A DNA stretch of 64,000 nucleotides, from positions 248,001-312,000 of the forward strand of contig NIVC01000352.1 in the NCBI GenBank assembly GCA_002269645.1, read 5' to 3'. The translations under genes were made by a program, and so were the position numbers. The DNA comes from Macrostomum lignano. Its lineage: Eukaryota. Shown here in pieces: positions 25,066-37,200 of this stretch (position 1 is its first letter; each line of letters starts with the position of its first letter). Below the pieces are notes generated by a model. That model ran no database searches. It saw only the letters and a program-made list of their open reading frames with translations, and was not told the origin of the DNA.

Positions 25066-25935
25066 ATGCAGCAGCAGTCGGAGCAGCAGACGGCCCTTTC
25101 AGCTGGCCAAAACAACTCGGAGGTAGAGCCTGAGTTTGCCTACAAGATCTTGCAATGGTCAGTCGCAAAAATTGGTGATTCTCGCAGACGGAAAGGTGGA
25201 GTTGATCTTAGACAGAATCTTCTTCTAGCCAACACGCTGTGTAAAGCGCGAGACAGTCTGCTGGCTGCTAAAATGCAGCAACAGCAGGCTAGACAGATTG
25301 AGCAGCAGCAGATGCAGCAGATGGAGCAACAGAAGCTGGAGCAGCAGCAGCTGGAGCAGCAGATGCAGCAGATGGAGCAGAAGAAGCTGGAACAGCAGCA
25401 GAAGCTGGAGCAGCAGCAAAAGCTGGAGCAGCAAAAGCTGGAGCAGCAAAAGCTGGAGCAGCAAAAGCTGGAGCAGCAAAAGCTGGAGCAGCAAAAGCTG
25501 GAGCAGCAAAAGCTGGAGCAGCAAAAGCTGGAGCAGCAAAAGCTGGAGCAGCAGCAGCTAGAGCAGCAGAAGCTGGAGCAGCAGAAGCAGCGGCAGCAAC
25601 GGCAGCGGCAACAGCAGCAACTACGAAGGCAAAAACTGAAGCGGTCCGCTTCAATTGCGATCGACAACGAAGCTGCAGGATCGGAACCCGGCAAGCGGCC
25701 TTACCTGGAACACGGAACTCAACAGCAGCAGCAGCAGCAGGTGGCGGACCAAGCATCGAGCATTGGCATCTCCATCATTCCCCTGTCCCCGGCAGAGGCT
25801 GCCCGGCTGAGCCGCAGTCAGCCGGTGGTGTCACTCAGCCTGAGCCTCGCCGGCCAGCAGCAGCAGCAGCCGCTTATCTCGTGGACAGCACTGAGCGAGC
25901 CGGTTCACGGAGGCTGCGTGCTGACCTGCGCGTGA
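25066..25935 (+). CDS. Immediate early response (IER2/IER5-like) protein with a Gln-rich (EQQKL)n insertion, intronless, 289 aa
   Basis: AYKILQWSVAKIGDSRRRKGGVDLRQNLLLANTLCKARD aligns without gaps to the IER N-terminal motif ([39 protein letters not shown] in IER5, recalled from memory). The ATG lies about 80 nt after the TATA box. Confidence 0.75.
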   Translation: MQQQSEQQTALSAGQNNSEVEPEFAYKILQWSVAKIGDSRRRKGGVDLRQNLLLANTLCKARDSLLAAKMQQQQARQIEQQQMQQMEQQKLEQQQLEQQMQQMEQKKLEQQQKLEQQQKLEQQKLEQQKLEQQKLEQQKLEQQKLEQQKLEQQKLEQQKLEQQQLEQQKLEQQKQRQQRQRQQQQLRRQKLKRSASIAIDNEAAGSEPGKRPYLEHGTQQQQQQQVADQASSIGISIIPLSPAEAARLSRSQPVVSLSLSLAGQQQQQPLISWTALSEPVHGGCVLTCA

Positions 25936-27049
25936 CACGGCTGAACCCCCTATATATGACCTATTTTTATAAAGCTCTTCTAAAACTCACCGCTGCACTT
26001 GTATTAAGGATCTACAATATTTGCATACTATTTGCCTATTGGTGACTTCTGTGTAATAATTTCTGTACATAAAGTAGTAACTTAACATCCTCTCTGCGAT
26101 AACTCTCCCGTGTCTTTGCTATACCAGATGGCATTCAGCATTGCATGCTCCACTGCTCCTACTATGTGGCAATAGTTTGTAAGAAATGTTCAATTTGCAT
26201 GTACTCGTATTTACTAGTCGTATGTTAATTATGCCAATACAGGCTTGAATTGTTTGCAAATCAAACCAGCATTCCCACAAATAAATCTGCGACGGACTCG
26301 ACCGCTGCCTTCCTGCGATATCTGTGATACGCTCAATAAAAACGCATTGCCCGTAATTTTATGGTATTGGGGAACCATGGATGGTTTGTCACTGCTGACG
26401 TCGATTTTACATGCACTAAAGAATTGATGAAGATGATTTTGAAGCAGAACAACTCTGGTTGTAGCTCTGCTCTAGAGCATACTAGTATTTCGAACTCAGT
26501 TGAAATGGCGCAGCCCCACAGCATTGCGCTCCGAGCTGAATCGATGCGTAATTTCAACGTCACTCGCTCGGCCTCCAGCTCTCTCTTATCCAGAGTAGCT
26601 CGTATCGGGTGACTCAAGCATAAAGCGTATGTACAGTTGGGTAGCTGTGTTGCACAGGAAACGTTTATTTTTCCAAGAACGGCTGACGAACAAGTTTAAG
26701 CTGTGCGTTATAGGCACGGGTTGCGCAGTGGAACACTGCCAATTTTAGCTTAGCCGATCTGTTCACTAGTGTCCTGGGCGGAGTTTTTGGTTCGTTCCTA
26801 TGAAAAGCAGCAGGTGCAGTGGCAGTGACTGTACGAAATCAGAGAAAACAATAAAGCCTTTCCCAGCACACAAAGGAATTATACGCTAGTACGCTTGTAA
26901 ACTCGAAAGCATTTCCTTTTAGGGGCTTCACATGCACATGTGCAGCTGAGTTCTAGCCGGTTTAACCTCGATTTAGATAAAGTTTTATTCAGAAATAAAT
27001 GCACTTTCACATCAAATTCAAATTAAAGTTACAGAATTAATACGCACGA

Positions 27050-28170
27050 ACGGCCCATTAATGGTTGCCCCCAGGACCCGGGTCCGGCACACAATAGCGG
27101 AATGAACTATTTGTCACACTTGCCTCCTCTGGAGGGATGATAGCTCAAGAGACTCTGTCTCCTGTTTTTCACCTTGCAATGCGCACTTCGAAGGGTACTC
27201 GTCCCGTGGGTGTTAAGGTGCCGAGCTGATTCGTTGGCGCCGAGGTCCTGATGTAACCATAAACTCACTTTCTAAGGTCCCAGTGTAACTCCCCCAGCAC
27301 ACTCCCAGCACACTGGACGCAATTCCAGACGTGTTTTTTCAAATGTGACGACCATCAGCTACATCACAGACAGCTCAGCGGTCGGAAATTTTTTGCTCGG
27401 ACAGCCAAGCAGCCTTTCAGGCCCTCTGGTGCAGCACCAATAACTCCACCTGGACTGCAACGCCCAGCTCAATGGGCTCGCCATGGGCAATCAGGTAAAG
27501 TTCAAGTGGATCCCGGGCCAGGTTGGTTTCCTCGGACGAGTGTGCTGACCTGCTGGCCAAGGCTGGTTCCGCAGGCGCACTGTTAGGGCCCGGGCCAGGG
27601 GCCCCTATCCCCGCCTCGGTGATCAACTGGTTTAACTGGGCTGATTCCGAGCATCTCCGCAGGTGGCACGACACTCAGAATTGCAGGCAATCCCGTGATA
27701 ATGTCCCCTTCCTGCCCTCCCTTCCTGTTCCCATGTCTCTCCCCAAATACGTAGAGCCCTCCTAGACTCAACCGCAGCGACCTTAGAGCAGTCAGCATTG
27801 CCCTCTCTGGGCATGGCTGCTGCTCTTGCCATCGCTTCCTTCAGGGCGAGGTACCTGAGAAGCGGTGCCCCTTCTGTCGCTCAGCCAGTAAAAACGCTGA
27901 GCACTTTATCTTCCTTATCTTCACCAGGGCCAGACTCACTCACTTCGGGCCAAAACCCGGTTCTTTTCGACGTTACCTCAGAGAGACGGGACGAGCTGAT
28001 TTCTTCCCCAACGCCGGTGAGGAGGACCGCACTGCAGGAGAGACTGACGGATCCCCCTGAGTGACATCACTTTGACGGAAGTCATTGGTCGCCATGGGCT
28101 AGCGAAATGGGCGGTCTCCTCCGCCTCCTCGCTGCATCCGCCGGTCAATGCTCCCTGTAGCAAAGTCTAG
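27050..28170 (+). pseudogene. Decayed non-LTR retrotransposon fragment (RNase H region)
   Basis: Frameshifted RNase H motifs: YITDSS, NQVKFKWIPGQVGF, ECADLLAKAGS..LLGPGP..IP...W..SEHLRRW. Confidence 0.55.
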
Positions 28171-28429
28171 TAAGTCAAGGCCGGCCTATTGGTTGCTTGG
28201 AATTTAAGGAACTAATTTCCTATATTTGGCATAAACGACGCAACATCCTTGCCAGTTGCAAGTACTACTCGTACCAAGTAGCGAGTAAAGAATTTACTGC
28301 GTTTCTTTTAATGTATGCACAACAGATTATTTAGATCTTCGGAGATGAGATCGGTTTAGCCGTTTTTTTCTGAGATAGATCACACACATTTATTCTGAGA
28401 TAGACAAACCATTTTTAGTACGAGCGTAC

Positions 28430-28618
28430 ATTATTGCTGAACCAATAAGCAAGCTGTTTATGCCAACAAGCTTGAGATTATAAACTTATCAAAGTCATTT
28501 CAGCTGGCTTTATTTTTATAAAATAGTAAATCAGCTTTCTACTTTCAGTCAGTAGCAAAGAAGAATACATAAGCTAAGTGTATGCCTGAGTGGCCCATCT
28601 AGTTATTCTAGTATCTAT
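28430..28618. mobile_element. Fragment of the MITE family also present at 60297-60688
   Basis: Shares TGAGTGGCCCATCTAGTTATTCTAGTATCT, CTTTCTACTTTCAG..AGTAGCAAAGAAGAATACATAAGCT and a further block of about 90 bp. Confidence 0.7.
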
Positions 28619-29169
28619 CAATTGGACGCAGTAAAAACCATATAGGAAGAAAATGGTAAATTAGCATTTAATACGCGGTTTATAAGGAATTTATAAAATT
28701 CTAGCCAACAGTGCACACTGTGACTGAAGGGCCTTGGCTGTTGTCTTGGCTAGTCTATGGGCCATAGACTGCAAAGGCTAAGCAAAGTAACAAAAAAGAC
28801 ATTCACAATGCAGTCATGGTATACTACGAGTATAATTGTCTTCTCTCAAATAATCAATACGCATCTGATTTTGCCACCTGAATTTGATGCTCCTATTAGA
28901 ATGAAATGTCTCGCCGAGGTTTTCACGCAGGGTTTTTCCATTCGGAATTTCGAGTCTAGACATTAAGTATAGACTAGATAAAAAAACTAGACTAGATTAG
29001 AACTAGAATAGACTAGATTTCAAATTCAAACCCGATTGGATTTGACTTGAAACTCCGACTGGACATCCTTTGGCCCAGATGCGCTTCTTTTGGCATCTGG
29101 GAAAATCAGAGAGAAGCCGCTGAATAAGATTTAGAATGGGAAATTAAACACATGTTGTTTTTACGAGTA

Positions 29170-29349
29170 CAGGGACTACTCAACACACCGGGACGGGAAA
29201 CTAGGAATTTTTTACGAGGCTGGTCTTTTATCAGCAGTAGAAAATAACCATAGACAACAAAGTAACACAGCATCTCTCTAATGCAAATAATTGCCAGCCA
29301 GCCTCGTAAAAAAATTTAGTTTCCCGTCCCGGTGTTTGAGTAGTCCCTG
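29170..29349. mobile_element. 180-bp hAT-type MITE
   Basis: About 55-bp TIRs beginning CAGGGACTACTCAA and a perfect 8-bp TSD TACGAGTA (29162-29169 and 29350-29357). Confidence 0.85.
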
Positions 29350-31175
29350 TACGAGTATTTAAGCATCTGGGCTTAAGGTTCGAAGCAGAAAGCATTGTAG
29401 TTGGAAGTTTATTATAATTCTTGTTAGTTACAGTTTCTTGGCTAAATTGAAGATTTTTCTGTCTAGCAAATATCTTTCTGCCAGTTAATTCTGCTTTGCT
29501 GGGAGGCTTTCCCGGATATGCAACTTACACCCAGACAGGGCAGCGGCATCCGCAAGCGGTACCCCCCCCCCCCTCGCACGATGCCAATAGCAAATGCAAG
29601 GTGAGGATTTTGCCTCTCCATTTGGCTCTCCTACCTAATCCATTGGCATTGCGCCAGAAAATTTGGTGATGCCAAAACATGCGACGTAAAGATAATTTTT
29701 TTTGTATGTCGCATTCGCAAAATGTATTCAACAGGTAACAATACATCCTTCCAATTTGAGCTAGATCAATGTCATAACACATACAACTTGAAGACTTCAT
29801 CAAAATGCGACAGGGCAATCCAGTTTTCAAATTTAAAGTCGATCACAAGCAAGAAAAATAGGAGAATTTGTAGTAACTTTTTTAGTAAGAGCATCATTAT
29901 TACGCTAGTATGTATATTATTTAGCTAAACTAATTATTTTATTCCGAGGCCAGCTCCGAAACATTAATTGAGTTCATTTATGAGACGAGTCAAAATGTTT
30001 TCATGAAAAGTATGCTTTCGCTATTCTGAAAATAATACTTTTCCATTTATTCTACGACTTTTTAAAAAAAAACTTAAATTTGTTGCAATGTTATTCCAAC
30101 GTACCTGGCTTCTAGAAGTTTCCTTTTCCCCTTCGCGCATTCTAGCTCGTACGAGTAAAATTTCCAAATTAAGTATAAGATATTTCCCCATTTTTCCGCG
30201 AATTTCTATGGCAAAATATTTCTACGTTTAAACTTTACATAACTTATACTTTAATTATTAGCCATATTATTATTTAACGCATTTACCCTTATTAATTACA
30301 GTACATATTATAATAACCGTATCTTTGTTATAATTTAAAGAAAGTTCCAGAACACCGTTAATTTTCTATAAACCAAGCAAATCCAGCTAATAATCAAGTT
30401 TTTCCGAAATCTCGATTATCAATAACGAAACAAAATAAAGAACCATCGCCTTTACGCCTCATTACTTTAATATTGCTACAAATGAAAAACATTTTAAGGA
30501 CAATTTTGTGCAACAATACGGGTAGAAAATGGTGAAAAGATATATCATCGAAATAAGAAGATAATTATCGCATAGTTCTTGCCTGTTTTTAATACTTTAA
30601 ATTACAAAAATGTTCATTTTCACAAATAATTCAACGTTTTCGTCGCTGCTCATGCCGCAGCAGTAATATTTGAGTGCCAGCGACATTGGAGTGCCAGTGA
30701 CATCTGACTGTCAGATTTAAGTTTTGGTCAGGGATTTGGTTAGGGTCTTCAGTCCAGTTCAGGTGGTCAAATTGATGACAGTCAAATGCCAGAAACCCAA
30801 AATTGTCATCAGGAATAATTTGCCTGATTATAGTTACCAGAATTGCATGTACTGACTAAACAGTGCTGACGACCCAGTCATTGTAAAATAAGTTAAAAAA
30901 TCTCAGGTATTTACGATTTAGACACCTGAGAACTCGTCACCCAAGGCCGAGGTTACGACAATATTTACCGATGGCTATCGATTATATTTTGAGTAGGCAC
31001 ACATAAAAATAAAAGAACCCTGCCAATACGAGTACCTACACCCAGAGTTTTACCCTCAGTTCTTGACGAAGATCCGATAAGCAAGTGACTGCGGACTTTG
31101 CAAACTGTTATTCCATATTTAGTGCGAATCTCGTATCTAGCTGCTGCGCACCAATCAATAGGTCTCTTTTCGTTT

Positions 31176-31925
31176 CTATCTGCATGGTCTCAGGGCCGAA
31201 GCTTTCGTTGGCTGTTTTTGGTTGGCTTCGGCGCCTTTCAACGATCCAAGACCGCGTCGACGGCTGCTAAAAACCAGCATTACGATGACGGCAAAGAGCT
31301 GGGCAAGCAGCATTGCCGTCACCACCAGACAGATGAGCCAGCCGAAGCCAAGTCCGGTTTCGCTATTCATAGTCCGCGCCGAGCTCGCGCCCACCATGGG
31401 CACGTAGTCCGGCTCGTCGCAGACGTCTCCGGTCCAGCCCGAGGGGCACTGGCAGAAGACTCTCACTTTTGTCAGCGCCTGGCCGATTATGCAAAATTGT
31501 TGCGAGTGAAATTGATCAATTGGTGATGGAGTAATCAGATAAATAGCACTAATTAAGGAGGTAAACGCATCTGACTCTCTTGACTTGGGTCTTTGAGCTC
31601 GAAAAATTTGGTTGGTGGGTTTTTGTTCGATTCACACCCATCAGTGACAACCCCCAAGACACAGAGAGTATTCATGCCTGACGATTAGAGAGTCAGGGCT
31701 GCTGTACACCCCGTGTGAGCGGTGTGCATGAGTGCGTGCCTGAGTACAGAAATGGCGCGCTTGTATGTTCTCAGGAGTCAGCGGAATGGGCTGTTTGCGG
31801 GACGATGCTACCAAGGTAACTTTCACCTGACAGAAACCGCCCTCCAGACAGACGCTGCCGTACATGTCCCGGAGGATTTGCAGTTGGCTTTCGGTGCAAT
31901 TCTTCAGCAGCGTAAATGAACTCAT
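31176..31925 (-). CDS. Atypical EGF-domain single-pass membrane protein, paralogue 1 (133 aa)
   Basis: Exon 31925-31827 MSSFTLLKNCTESQLQILRDMYGSVCLEGGFCQ (donor GTGAAA); exon 31478-31176 ALTKVRVFCQCPSGWTGDVCDEPDYVPM..., then a TM helix and RRR. The phase-0 junction completes a six-Cys EGF module. Confidence 0.85.
31555..31812 (+). mobile_element. SINE family 2 copy in the intron of EGF paralogue 1
   Basis: Homologous to 39785-40085 at the equivalent intron position. Confidence 0.65.
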
Positions 31926-32654
31926 GACTTGCGCTTGTTAGCTTTCACTTGTTAGTCCATCAACAGGTGGCGACACGAAGTTTAAGTAATGCTCTCGCTT
32001 TTAGCAGGATGGAGGATTGCATGACAGAGTGACATATTTGCCAGTGAAACTTTCCCGCCCCAATTGAAGTAACAGAGTTGACACGGTGCTAATTAAGCGT
32101 GGGCGAGGGCTAGACAGACAGATTTTCCACAAAGTAAAAGCCGCCAGTCCGCGTTCTTCGCCCTACCCCGGTGCGAATGCCCACGCAACTATATGCGAAT
32201 GATTAGAGATATGCTTGTCAGTAATTTACTTTACAAGCTGTGTTGTACAAAGTAGCCCAAAAAAACTCGAATAAGGTTGCTTGTTGTTAAACGGGGGTGG
32301 GAGGAGAAGCGCTGCCCGCGGATCAGCCCTAGGGGGCTCTGCCGCATGGATCTAGCTGTGGGCCATACTACCAGGGGGCTTTAAGCCCGAGAGGCCACTA
32401 TTGGAACCAGAGCTCAGGACTCTGGGGAGAGCATGGAGCATTGGAGCTACTAACCCAAGCCTATGGACTAAAGACACCGCCAACCCAAAAGTGGAATCAG
32501 GCACGGTGCTAGGACAGAGTCCACTCAGGCCACCACCCAGCAGATAAGTCCCGGAAGTGCGCGAAAAAAGAATTGGAATGAAAAATGCTTGGGTTACTAC
32601 TGATAAGCGGTCCGAGAGCGGGGAGACCCTGAAGTCTCGGAAATGGCTTAATAT

Positions 32655-32977
32655 TGGAGTGAGTCTGGAAGGCTTGTATCCGAGGGCGAGACTCCTATCA
32701 GGCAGTGACCATGATACCTTATAGGGCTGCAAGCCACAAGGGTGTCACCTAACCAGCTCTATATTGGAATGAGTCTGGAAGGCTCCGAGGGCGAGTCTCC
32801 TATCAGGCAGTGACCATGATACCTTATAGGGCTGCAAGCCACAAGGGTGTCACCTAACCAGCTCTATATTGGAATGAGTCTGGAAGGCTCCGAGGGCGAG
32901 TCTCCTATCAGGCAGTGACCATGATACCTATAGGGCTGCAAGCCACAAGGGTGTCACCTATACCAGCTCTATATTGG
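32655..32977. repeat. 105-bp tandem repeat, 3 copies
   Basis: Unit starts recur at 32766 and 32871; the copies are near-identical. Confidence 0.9.
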
Positions 32978-34059
32978 AGGCCAGGCCAAGGGGGCGGAGA
33001 GGGGCACAAGGGGCAAGAGGAAACCGGACTCAGCCGGTTTTCCCCGATTCGGGACGAACATCTGCACATCAAAAAGGGTTTGGTGCTAATTTTTGTTTTC
33101 TTTCTCTCAACCGCGTCAGTACTTCAGCGTTTAGCGTTTGGAGTTCAGGGTCTCAACTCTGAAACGCAAAAGTACAAGTCACATTCGCATCACAATGGTG
33201 ATTCAGGTTAAGTAATCGAAAAAGAACTAACATCAGATGAGGATTTATGTGCGAGTAAGTGTCGCACTTTTGACTGGTAGCTCGAAATTGGAACTCTCCC
33301 TGTTGTGAGCGCGGAAACTAAGGGACGAGATTCAGTGTGGACGTAATGGGTCTGCAGATTTTTTGCTCCTAGTTTATTTTTTTCAACTGCCATCTCGTCA
33401 ACCAACTCGTCCACAAATGGAAAGGAACCACTCGTTTGGTCACTTCATCAACCCAGTTAACAAAACGGCAGTGGTGGTGGTGGTGGTGGTGGTGGTTCCC
33501 GGCCAGAGCTAGTCCGGGAGACGCGCCTCTGGAGGTACTCGAGCACGCGGCAGCCGTCTACGATGACGGACAGTGACGGGTTTGGTCCGAGGACCTCCGC
33601 CCGGATGTCTGCTTGTGTCGGGCATTGGATTATGAGGTATTCGTTGACATTTTGACATGCAATCAACCAATCAACCATCTAACAATGCTCTCCTACTTTC
33701 GAAAAAAGTGTTCCATTCACCTTCAACAGCAATTTTTTAATGTTTAAAAAGATTGCGAAAATGAATTTGACGAGTTCTGATCGATTGCTTGAACGAATGA
33801 ATATTTGGGTGAAATAAAAGTAAAGTAGAAATTAAAGTTAACTCAAGCAATGTCAATGTTTCAAAAAGATCAAAGAAAAACTGCATTCAATGAGTATTCA
33901 CTTCACCATAAAATTCTGGTGGGGCACGGGCCCTCTCACTTCGACACAATTCAGGCTGTTCTGAATGCGCTTGAACATTAGCAGGGGCGCCGACTGGGGC
34001 GCCGTCAAATCTCAGGTCGTCCTCGTCAGAGTTGTGCGGTTGCGCCGCTGGCTGCAATT

Positions 34060-34950
34060 GAGGGGCTGCAGGCGATTAAAATGCACGACCCTTTGCTTTC
34101 GTGCATTGGCCTCGGGCTGAATGCGGTAGGTGACATCCGAGATCTGCTTTTTAACGCGCCAAGGCCCAGTCCAACATCGATGAAATTTGCGACTCTCGCC
34201 TCGCTTCAGCGCCTGATTGTGCTGCCAGACCAGATCGTCCTCCCTGAATGCCTCGCCGTGGCACCTCCAGTCTTACGCTGCCTTCTGGCACAGTTGCGCT
34301 GCCTCCAAGTTTTGTCGCGCCGGCTCCGCAGCTCGGCCACTCATTCACAAGGACGGTGCGCATCCAGCGCCAAACCTCCGTATGCCAAGTCCAGTGGCAG
34401 CCGCAGTTCCCGGCCGAAGGTGTCTGACCAGTCGACATGTAGACTGAAGTGCGGTAGCCCATCAGTGCAATCTGCAGATAAAGATCCCAGTCTCGCTGAT
34501 TCTCGTTCACCCATGCTCGCAGCAGCTGCACCAGCGTCCGGTTCATCCGTTCGCAACCGCCTTCTCCTTCAGGGTGGTAGCCTGTCGTCCGAGTCTTGTC
34601 GATCTTCAGTACTCTCATCGTCTCTTGCACAGCTGCGACTCCGAGAGTTCCGACCCTGATCAGTGTGCACCGACTGTGGGACTCCAAAGCGAGCCACCAA
34701 ATTTCATTGTCCGCCTCGGAAGAGCTGGCCAGCTCACCCGCAGCCTGGTCACGTCCCCTGCCCAAGTAGCGCATCGAGACCGAAGACTGCTAAAATCGCA
34801 TCGAGGCTCTCTAAGACTATTCCGCTGATCCTGTCCTTCACAATTTTGAACACTTAGACTGCTGACAGCCTTTCGAGCCACGGTAGAGCTTGTGGCGAGC
34901 TTCACTGCTATCGCCTTCCAGAGGAAGCTTTACGACTTACGCCAACCTGT
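34060..34950 (-). pseudogene. Internally deleted Ty3/Gypsy remnant: PBS followed by a frameshifted integrase
   Basis: RFGVPQSVHTDQGRN, KTRTTGYHPEGEGGCERMNRTL, WDLYLQIALMGYRTSV..STGQTP, C-terminal WTGPWRV...VVHFNRL; PBS-like TGGCGTAAGTCG on the minus strand at 34944-34933. Confidence 0.8.
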
Positions 34951-35774
34951 CTTTAATTCTCAGGGTGTTAAACCTTAGGCTTTATTGTTAGTATCGGTCC
35001 CGCAGTCTGAAGCACTGCTTGAGCAAGCCATGAATGCAGGCAATGGACAGAGCCATTCGACGACGTCTGTAACAGACGAGCTTGGAGCCTGTGCCCACGT
35101 CTGAGGTTCATAAATTTACAGTTTGTAGGGCACAAGGTATGAGACCGTAAGTCAAAGCCAATTTCGATTTTACTTGAATGCTATCACCAAGCTCCATATT
35201 ACTCAATGCAGTCGAGTTTAGTAAAGTAAAGGCAGTATGCAGAAAGAGAATCAAAATTCAGAGATACTCGAGTAAGTGCGAATATTTCGTGAAGAAGTTA
35301 CAGTAAGCCAGGGACCTCACTAGAAAAACAAATTCGTGTTACTTTTAAAGTCGATGAATTGCTCTCAAAGAGCAAACACATGGGATATTAATAGGTCTTC
35401 TGAATTAGGAGAAATTCTAACTGGAAAACTTTTTTGCAGCACCCTAAACTGCAATACAGAAAAAATTTAGCTCGTAGTAAAATATAAAAGGGCAAGATAG
35501 CAGCACTTGCATAGCTGTGTACCGCAGTGAACTCAAACATGGAGGCCGCCTAAGTGAAATCAAGCAACTCGGGGCTTACGTACTCGTAGAAAAGTCACGG
35601 TAAAAAGAAACTTCAGTAAAATATGAGTTCCAAAGTCAAAAAAGAGCCAGAAGATAATATAAATACAAACTGTCAAATCAGTACAGAATCTTGCAAAAAT
35701 AACATCTAAAAGCGATGAGATAAATATTGTAGACTGCCATAGGATAAATCGATTGTACATTAATAAAAATTAGG

Positions 35775-36572
35775 TCAGGTGTCATTCTCCTCTACGGGCA
35801 GGACGGCGACACTCTCGGCTTTATCGGCCCTCTGAGGCTCGTGGCGTCGGCGACGGAGGTGACGATTGAGACTGTGCCGGTAAAGGACCACCCCGGCAAC
35901 TATGAACAGCACGATAGCTAGCAGGAAGGCCGCAACAAGGACTATTGAGAACAGGCCGCTCAGGCCGGCTCCGGAGCTGGCCATGGGTACGTAGTCCGGC
36001 TCGTCGCAGAGGTCACCCGTCCATCCGGTGGGGCACTGGCAGAAAAGTCGTCCCGGAGGAATCGACTTGAATAAAGATAGGGTTGGAATCGGTTATCATG
36101 GTTGCTTTGGTTATCTAGTTGGCTTACAAATGACTGTAGCTAGCCCCTCAGCTAGCGAGGAGATGAGCAGAATGTCAATTCCACTGACTTGTTCACGGAT
36201 TCATTAGGGTGTGTAGCATAGTAGTACACTTTGATCCAGACTTTTACATCTTCAAGTACTGCACATGTCTTTGTAACTCCTCGAGGGGTTGAACTGCCCG
36301 GCAATCTCCACGCCAATATTTGTGTGATAAACCCAAATTAAGGGTGGCCGAGAAAAAAAGTCAGATGCATTTACCACTGAGCTACTCTGCCTCAAGGGTC
36401 GTACTTGTACTCGTAGATTGCCTTCAACTCCCAGTTTACAGGGACCCTAAGGCAGCTGCGCAGTCCTTACCCGACAATGTCCGCCTTCCTGACACAAGCC
36501 GCCATACAGCTCGACGAGTATCGTCAGCTCCCGGTCTGTGCAGTTCGTGATCGGTGGCACCGTCATTCGCAT
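35775..36572 (-). CDS. Atypical EGF-domain single-pass membrane protein, paralogue 2 (about 130 aa)
   Basis: Exon 36572-36471 MRMTVPPITNCTDRELTILVELYGGLCQEGGHCR (donor GTAAGG; absent from the ORF track); exon 36065-35775 SIPPGRLFCQCPTGWTGDLCDEPDYVPM..., then a TM helix and RRRR. Confidence 0.85.
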
Positions 36573-36989
36573 TGTTGGCACCGTTTCTTGTTTATTGATT
36601 CTTGCTTGATTGAGCAGGGCTTAATTACCCGGTATTGTGGTTTATCAAGTTTATTGTCGTGTCAAGGGTATAGATGAAAGTAACTTGACGCGCGGAGGAG
36701 AGGCGCAAAGTGACAGTTGTTTTAGTTGTAAATCTTAGAGTAGAATAGGGCATAGAATGGACGGCAGGCTCAGGAGCGCTGCTTTAATAATACGTGTATG
36801 CGCTAAAGCGGGGGTGGCTGAGCAGGTGGGTAATGAGTGAGAGAAGTACTGCAAGCTGGACACGCTATGTATTTACTGCTGGCTGTGAGCCGACGCACAA
36901 TCATAAGTTTCAGTTTTGATAGTTTTTCATTTGTAGCAAGGGGTCGGAAAAATGTTTCACCTCAAGGCCAGATGGAGAATCCAGCGTAT

Positions 36990-37200
36990 GACTGCGGACC
37001 AGGTAGAGGAGAGAGGAAGTGGGAATAGAGAAGGGAGAAGAGAGATAGGAGAAAGGAGAGGAGGCGACGGAATAAATGAGAAGAGAGAAGACAAGAGGAG
37101 AGGAGAGAGGAGAGAAAGGAGAAGAGTAGAGAGGAAGAGAATAGAGAAAGAGAGGAGAGAGGAGACAAGAAGAGAGGAGAGATGAGAGAAAGGAGCTTGA
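36990..37200. repeat. GA-rich low-complexity tract
   Basis: Read directly. Confidence 0.8.

Noticed and set aside
34081-34659. 192-aa plus-strand ORF, and similar antisense ORFs over CDC37, the GPCR and the transposase
   Set aside because: Shadow ORFs on the opposite strand of GC-rich coding sequence.
35775-36065. Idea that this exon is an alternative neuregulin-style terminal exon of paralogue 3
   Set aside because: A dedicated upstream Cys1-Cys3 exon with its own GTAAGG donor exists at 36572-36471, so it is a separate gene.
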